IMG/VR virus record: IMGVR_UViG_2565956719_000008
Length of the DNA stretch: 31,596 bases
Direction: 5' to 3' (one strand)
From: a virus
Lineage: Duplodnaviria > Heunggongvirae > Uroviricota > Caudoviricetes > Peduoviridae
Part shown: positions 28,515 through 31,596 of the stretch, one piece after another
Position numbering within the stretch: position 1 is the first letter of the stretch
How the letters are laid out: each line of letters opens with the position of its first letter
Made by a program: the position numbers and the translations under genes
The notes under the pieces: model-generated
Told to the model about the DNA's origin: nothing
Seen by the model: the letters and a program-made list of their open reading frames with translations, nothing else
Databases searched by the model: none

Positions 28515-28994
28515 ATGATGCTCGCGTTAGGTATGTTTGTTTTTATGCGCCAGACGCTGCCACACCAGACCATGCAGCGTGAATCAGATTATCGCTGGCC
28601 GTCAAATTCCCGTATCGGTAAACGGGATGCCTACCAGTTTCTCGGTGTTGGCGAGGAAAACATGACGCTTGCCGGTGTGCTTTATCCCGAACTGACCGGC
28701 GGAAAGCTGACGATGACCACGCTCAGGCTGATGGCAGATGAAGGCCGGGCGTGGCCGTTGCTGGATGGCACCGGCATGATTTACGGCATGTATGTCATCA
28801 GTAAGGTGAGTGAAACAGGGAGTATTTTCTTTGCAGACGGCACACCCCGGAAAATTGATTTTACGCTGTCGCTCACCCGCGTTGATGAATCACTGGCCGC
28901 GCTTTATGGCGATATCGGTAAACAGGCGGAATCGCTCATCGGTAAGGCTGGCAGTATGGCGACCAGATTCACGGGTATGACGGGGGCGGGATAA
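28515..28994 (+). CDS. U: Tail protein U (P2 gpU-like)
   Basis: 159 aa; GGAGG SD. Position and length as P2 U. Confidence 0.9.
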   Translation: MMLALGMFVFMRQTLPHQTMQRESDYRWPSNSRIGKRDAYQFLGVGEENMTLAGVLYPELTGGKLTMTTLRLMADEGRAWPLLDGTGMIYGMYVISKVSETGSIFFADGTPRKIDFTLSLTRVDESLAALYGDIGKQAESLIGKAGSMATRFTGMTGAG

Positions 28995-30157
28995 TGCTGG
29001 ATGCACTGACATTTGATGCAGGCAGTACGCTGACGCCGGATTACATGCTGATGCTCGACAGCAGGGATATTACCGGCAATATCAGCGACCGTCTGATGAG
29101 CATGACCCTGACGGATAACCGAGGCTTTGAGGCTGACCAGCTTGATATTGAACTGAACGATGCCGACGGGCAGGTCGGGCTGCCGGTTCGTGGCGCTGTC
29201 CTGACGGTGTATATCGGCTGGAAAGGTTTTGCCCTGGTATGCAAAGGGAAATTTACCGTTGATGAGGTTGAACACCGGGGCGCGCCGGATGTGGTCACCA
29301 TCCGCGCCCGGAGTGCAGATTTTCGCGGGACGCTCAATTCCCGCCGTGAAGGCTCCTGGCATGACACCACGCTCGGTGCGATTGTTGAGGCGATAGCCTC
29401 CCGTAACAGGCTGGAAGCCAGTGTCGCTCCGTCACTGGCCGGAATTAAAATCCCGCACATCGACCAGTCGCAGGAGTCTGATGCGAAATTCCTGGCCCGT
29501 CTTGCAGAACGCAACGGCGGTGAGGTCTCGGTAAAAATGGGAAAACTGTTGTTTCTCAAAGCGGGGCAGGGGGTGACGGCCAGTGGTAAAAAAATCCCGC
29601 AGGTCACCATAACCCGCAGCGACGGCGACCGCCATCATTTTGCGATTGCTGACCGTGGAGCCTATACCGGCGTAACGGCAAAGTGGTTACACACCAAAGA
29701 CCCGAAGCCACAAAAGCAGAAGGTAAAACTGAAACGCAAAAAGAAAGAGAAACACCTGCGCGCACTGGAGCACCCGAAAGCGAAACCGGTCACGCAGAAG
29801 AAAGCGCCAAAAGTACCGGAAGCGCGCGAAGGTGAATACATGGCAGGTGAGGCTGACAACGTTTTTGCCCTGACCACGGTATATGCCACGAAAGCGCAGG
29901 CCATGCGCGCCGCTCAGGCGAAGTGGGATAAACTGCAACGGGGCGTTGCGGAGTTTTCCATCAGTCTGGCTACCGGTCGTGCAGATATTTACACGGAAAC
30001 ACCGGTCAGAGTGTCAGGCTTTAAGCGCGTCATAGACGAGCAGGACTGGACAATCACTAAGGTGACACATTTTCTGAATAATAGCGGCTTCACGACGTCC
30101 TTGGAGCTTGAGGTCAGGCTTTCTGATGTGGAGTACGAAACAGAAGATGATGAGTGA
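28994..30157 (+). CDS. D: Tail protein D (late control gene D, P2 gpD-like)
   Basis: 387 aa; start overlaps the U stop. Position and length as P2 D. Confidence 0.9.
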   Translation: MLDALTFDAGSTLTPDYMLMLDSRDITGNISDRLMSMTLTDNRGFEADQLDIELNDADGQVGLPVRGAVLTVYIGWKGFALVCKGKFTVDEVEHRGAPDVVTIRARSADFRGTLNSRREGSWHDTTLGAIVEAIASRNRLEASVAPSLAGIKIPHIDQSQESDAKFLARLAERNGGEVSVKMGKLLFLKAGQGVTASGKKIPQVTITRSDGDRHHFAIADRGAYTGVTAKWLHTKDPKPQKQKVKLKRKKKEKHLRALEHPKAKPVTQKKAPKVPEAREGEYMAGEADNVFALTTVYATKAQAMRAAQAKWDKLQRGVAEFSISLATGRADIYTETPVRVSGFKRVIDEQDWTITKVTHFLNNSGFTTSLELEVRLSDVEYETEDDE

Positions 30158-30238
30158 TGTTTTTATTTTATCTGTTTGTTTTATAAGGATAAATTAACTA
30201 AAATGGCACCATCAACAAAACCGGAAGAGGTGCTCGCG

Positions 30239-30457
30239 ATGTTTCATTGTCCTTTATGCCAGCATGCCGCACATGCGCGTACAAGCCGCTATATCACTGA
30301 CACGACAAAAGAGCGTTATCACCAGTGTCAGAACGTGAATTGCAGCGCCACGTTCATCACCTATGAGTCGGTACAGAGATACATCGTGAAGCCGGGAGAA
30401 GTCCACGCCGTAAGGCCGCACCCGTTGCCGTCAGGGCAGCAAATTATGTGGATGTGA
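30239..30457 (+). CDS. ogr: Late-gene transcriptional activator Ogr (Cys4 zinc finger)
   Basis: 72 aa from ATG 30239 (MFHCPLCQHAAHARTSRYITD...), which matches P2 Ogr as recalled. Cys-x2-Cys...Cys-x4-Cys zinc-binding pattern. ORF-track start 30176 is TTG; another in-frame ATG is at 30203. Confidence 0.85.
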   Translation: MFHCPLCQHAAHARTSRYITDTTKERYHQCQNVNCSATFITYESVQRYIVKPGEVHAVRPHPLPSGQQIMWM

Positions 30458-30467
30458 TCACAAAAAT

Positions 30468-30494
30468 AGCCCCTCAGTTGAGGGGCTTTATTTA
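30468..30494 (+). terminator. Rho-independent terminator after ogr
   Basis: AGCCCCTC-agtt-GAGGGGCT followed by TTATTTAT. Confidence 0.55.
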
Positions 30495-30500
30495 TGGTCG

Positions 30501-30519
30501 ATGTGGACGCTATGTGGAC
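30501..30519 (+). repeat. Tandem direct repeats ATGTGGAC with 11-bp spacing (candidate integrase arm-binding sites)
   Basis: ATGTGGAC at 30501..30508 and 30512..30519, between ogr and the prophage/host junction where P2-type att arm sites lie. Confidence 0.35.
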
Positions 30520-30568
30520 AGCGGTTGACATAAATCCATTTATATCATCAGGTTAGGTGCTTTTTTTT

Positions 30569-30612
30569 GACACCATCCCTGTCTTCCCCCACATGATGTG
30601 GGGGTTTTTTTT
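30569..30612 (+). terminator. Strong rho-independent terminator resembling the cpxP 3' end / CpxQ sRNA; candidate attR core region
   Basis: T8 run (30561..30568), then GACACCATCCCTGTCTT and hairpin CCCCCAC-atgat-GTGGGGG followed by T8 (30605..30612). From memory this resembles the cpxP terminator/CpxQ 3' end that precedes fieF in E. coli. Confidence 0.4.
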
Positions 30613-30693
30613 ATCCTCAATTTGCCTGCTGCTTAATGCATTGCAGATGATTTGCTTCCGTTATACTACCGTCAGTTGATAGCGGGAGTATTT

Positions 30694-31596
30694 ATGAATC
30701 AATCTTATGGACGGCTGGTCAGTCGGGCGGCGATTGCTGCGACGGCGATGGCTTCGCTGCTATTGCTGATTAAAATTTTTGCATGGTGGTATACCGGGTC
30801 GGTGAGTATTCTCGCCGCGCTGGTGGATTCGCTGGTGGATATCGGCGCGTCGTTGACGAATTTACTGGTGGTGCGATATTCCCTGCAACCTGCCGACGAT
30901 AATCACTCGTTTGGTCACGGTAAAGCTGAGTCCCTCGCGGCGCTGGCGCAAAGTATGTTTATCTCCGGTTCGGCACTATTCCTGTTTTTGACGGGTATTC
31001 AACATCTGGTATCTCCAACACCGATGACAGATCCAGGCGTCGGGGTTATCGTGACAATTGTGGCGCTAATTTGTACGATTATCCTTGTCTCGTTTCAGCG
31101 TTGGGTGGTGCGCCGGACGCAAAGCCAGGCGGTGCGGGCTGATATGCTACATTACCAGTCTGATGTTATGATGAACGGCGCAATTCTGCTGGCGCTGGGG
31201 TTGTCCTGGTACGGCTGGCATCGCGCCGATGCTCTGTTTGCATTGGGGATCGGCATCTATATTTTATATAGCGCGTTACGCATGGGATATGAGGCGGTAC
31301 AGTCATTACTGGATCGCGCATTGCCTGATGAGGAACGGCAAGAAATTATTGATATCGTGACTTCCTGGCCGGGTGTTAGCGGCGCTCACGATCTTCGCAC
31401 GCGGCAGTCAGGGCCGACCCGCTTTATTCAGATTCATTTGGAAATGGAAGACTCTCTGCCTTTGGTTCAGGCACATATGGTGGCGGATCAGGTAGAGCAG
31501 GCTATTTTACGGCGTTTTCCGGGATCGGATGTGATTATCCATCAGGACCCCTGTTCCGTCGTACCCAGGGAGGGTAAACGGTCTATGCTTTCATAA
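30694..31596 (+). CDS. fieF: Cation-diffusion-facilitator family Fe/Zn efflux transporter FieF (YiiP)
   Basis: 300 aa from ATG 30694 ([21 protein letters not shown]...), recognised as E. coli FieF. ORF-track upstream extension to 30652 is not supported. Window ends at its stop codon. Confidence 0.95.
   Translation: MNQSYGRLVSRAAIAATAMASLLLLIKIFAWWYTGSVSILAALVDSLVDIGASLTNLLVVRYSLQPADDNHSFGHGKAESLAALAQSMFISGSALFLFLTGIQHLVSPTPMTDPGVGVIVTIVALICTIILVSFQRWVVRRTQSQAVRADMLHYQSDVMMNGAILLALGLSWYGWHRADALFALGIGIYILYSALRMGYEAVQSLLDRALPDEERQEIIDIVTSWPGVSGAHDLRTRQSGPTRFIQIHLEMEDSLPLVQAHMVADQVEQAILRRFPGSDVIIHQDPCSVVPREGKRSMLS

Larger units (their letters stand above)
1..30580. mobile_element. P2-like prophage (left end truncated by window; right boundary approximate, within about 30540..30612)
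   Basis: Complete P2-type gene order from int to ogr, with cos internal as expected for an integrated P2 genome; host fieF follows. attL lies outside the window, so the att core cannot be defined. Confidence 0.85.

Noticed and set aside
30176-30238. ORF-track extended ogr start at 30176
   Set aside because: Codon 30176 is TTG; the ATG at 30239 has a purine-rich SD and gives a 72-aa Cys4 protein matching P2 Ogr as recalled.
30460-30693. tRNA gene as integration target at the right junction
   Set aside because: No cloverleaf-compatible sequence or CCA-adjacent acceptor stem was seen; the junction instead has an intrinsic terminator resembling the cpxP 3' end.
1-31596. CRISPR array or other short tandem repeat arrays
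   Set aside because: No regularly spaced direct repeats with unique spacers were seen anywhere; the only short repeats are operator-like or att-arm-like pairs.

Overview
The window is an almost complete P2-like (Peduovirus-type) temperate prophage running from the integrase stop codon at position 1 to ogr at about 30.46 kb, followed by the host gene fieF (30694..31596). Gene order and many protein sequences match my recollection of coliphage P2: int, C, cox, B, orf80-83, A, cos, Q, P, O, N, M, L, X, Y, K, lysA/B/C, R, S, V, W, J, I, H, G, FI, FII, E/E', T, U, D, ogr. All identifications are from reading the sequence and recall of P2 proteins; no searches were run. Several ORF-track starts use TTG/GTG and were moved to in-frame ATG codons with Shine-Dalgarno support. 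The two classic P2 cargo hotspots are each occupied by a single visibly AT-rich gene of unknown function with no P2 counterpart I can recall: a 200-aa ORF at 6658..7260 (the tin/old position, between A and cos) and a 175-aa ORF at 23029..23556 (the Z/fun position, between G and FI). The Z/fun ORF carries a canonical HEPN-type R-N-x-x-x-H motif and is the strongest candidate for an undescribed phage-defence or abortive-infection gene; the 200-aa ORF is the second. The right junction carries a strong terminator that resembles the cpxP 3' end (CpxQ), suggesting integration at the cpxP-fieF locus, but attL lies outside the window so the att core cannot be confirmed.
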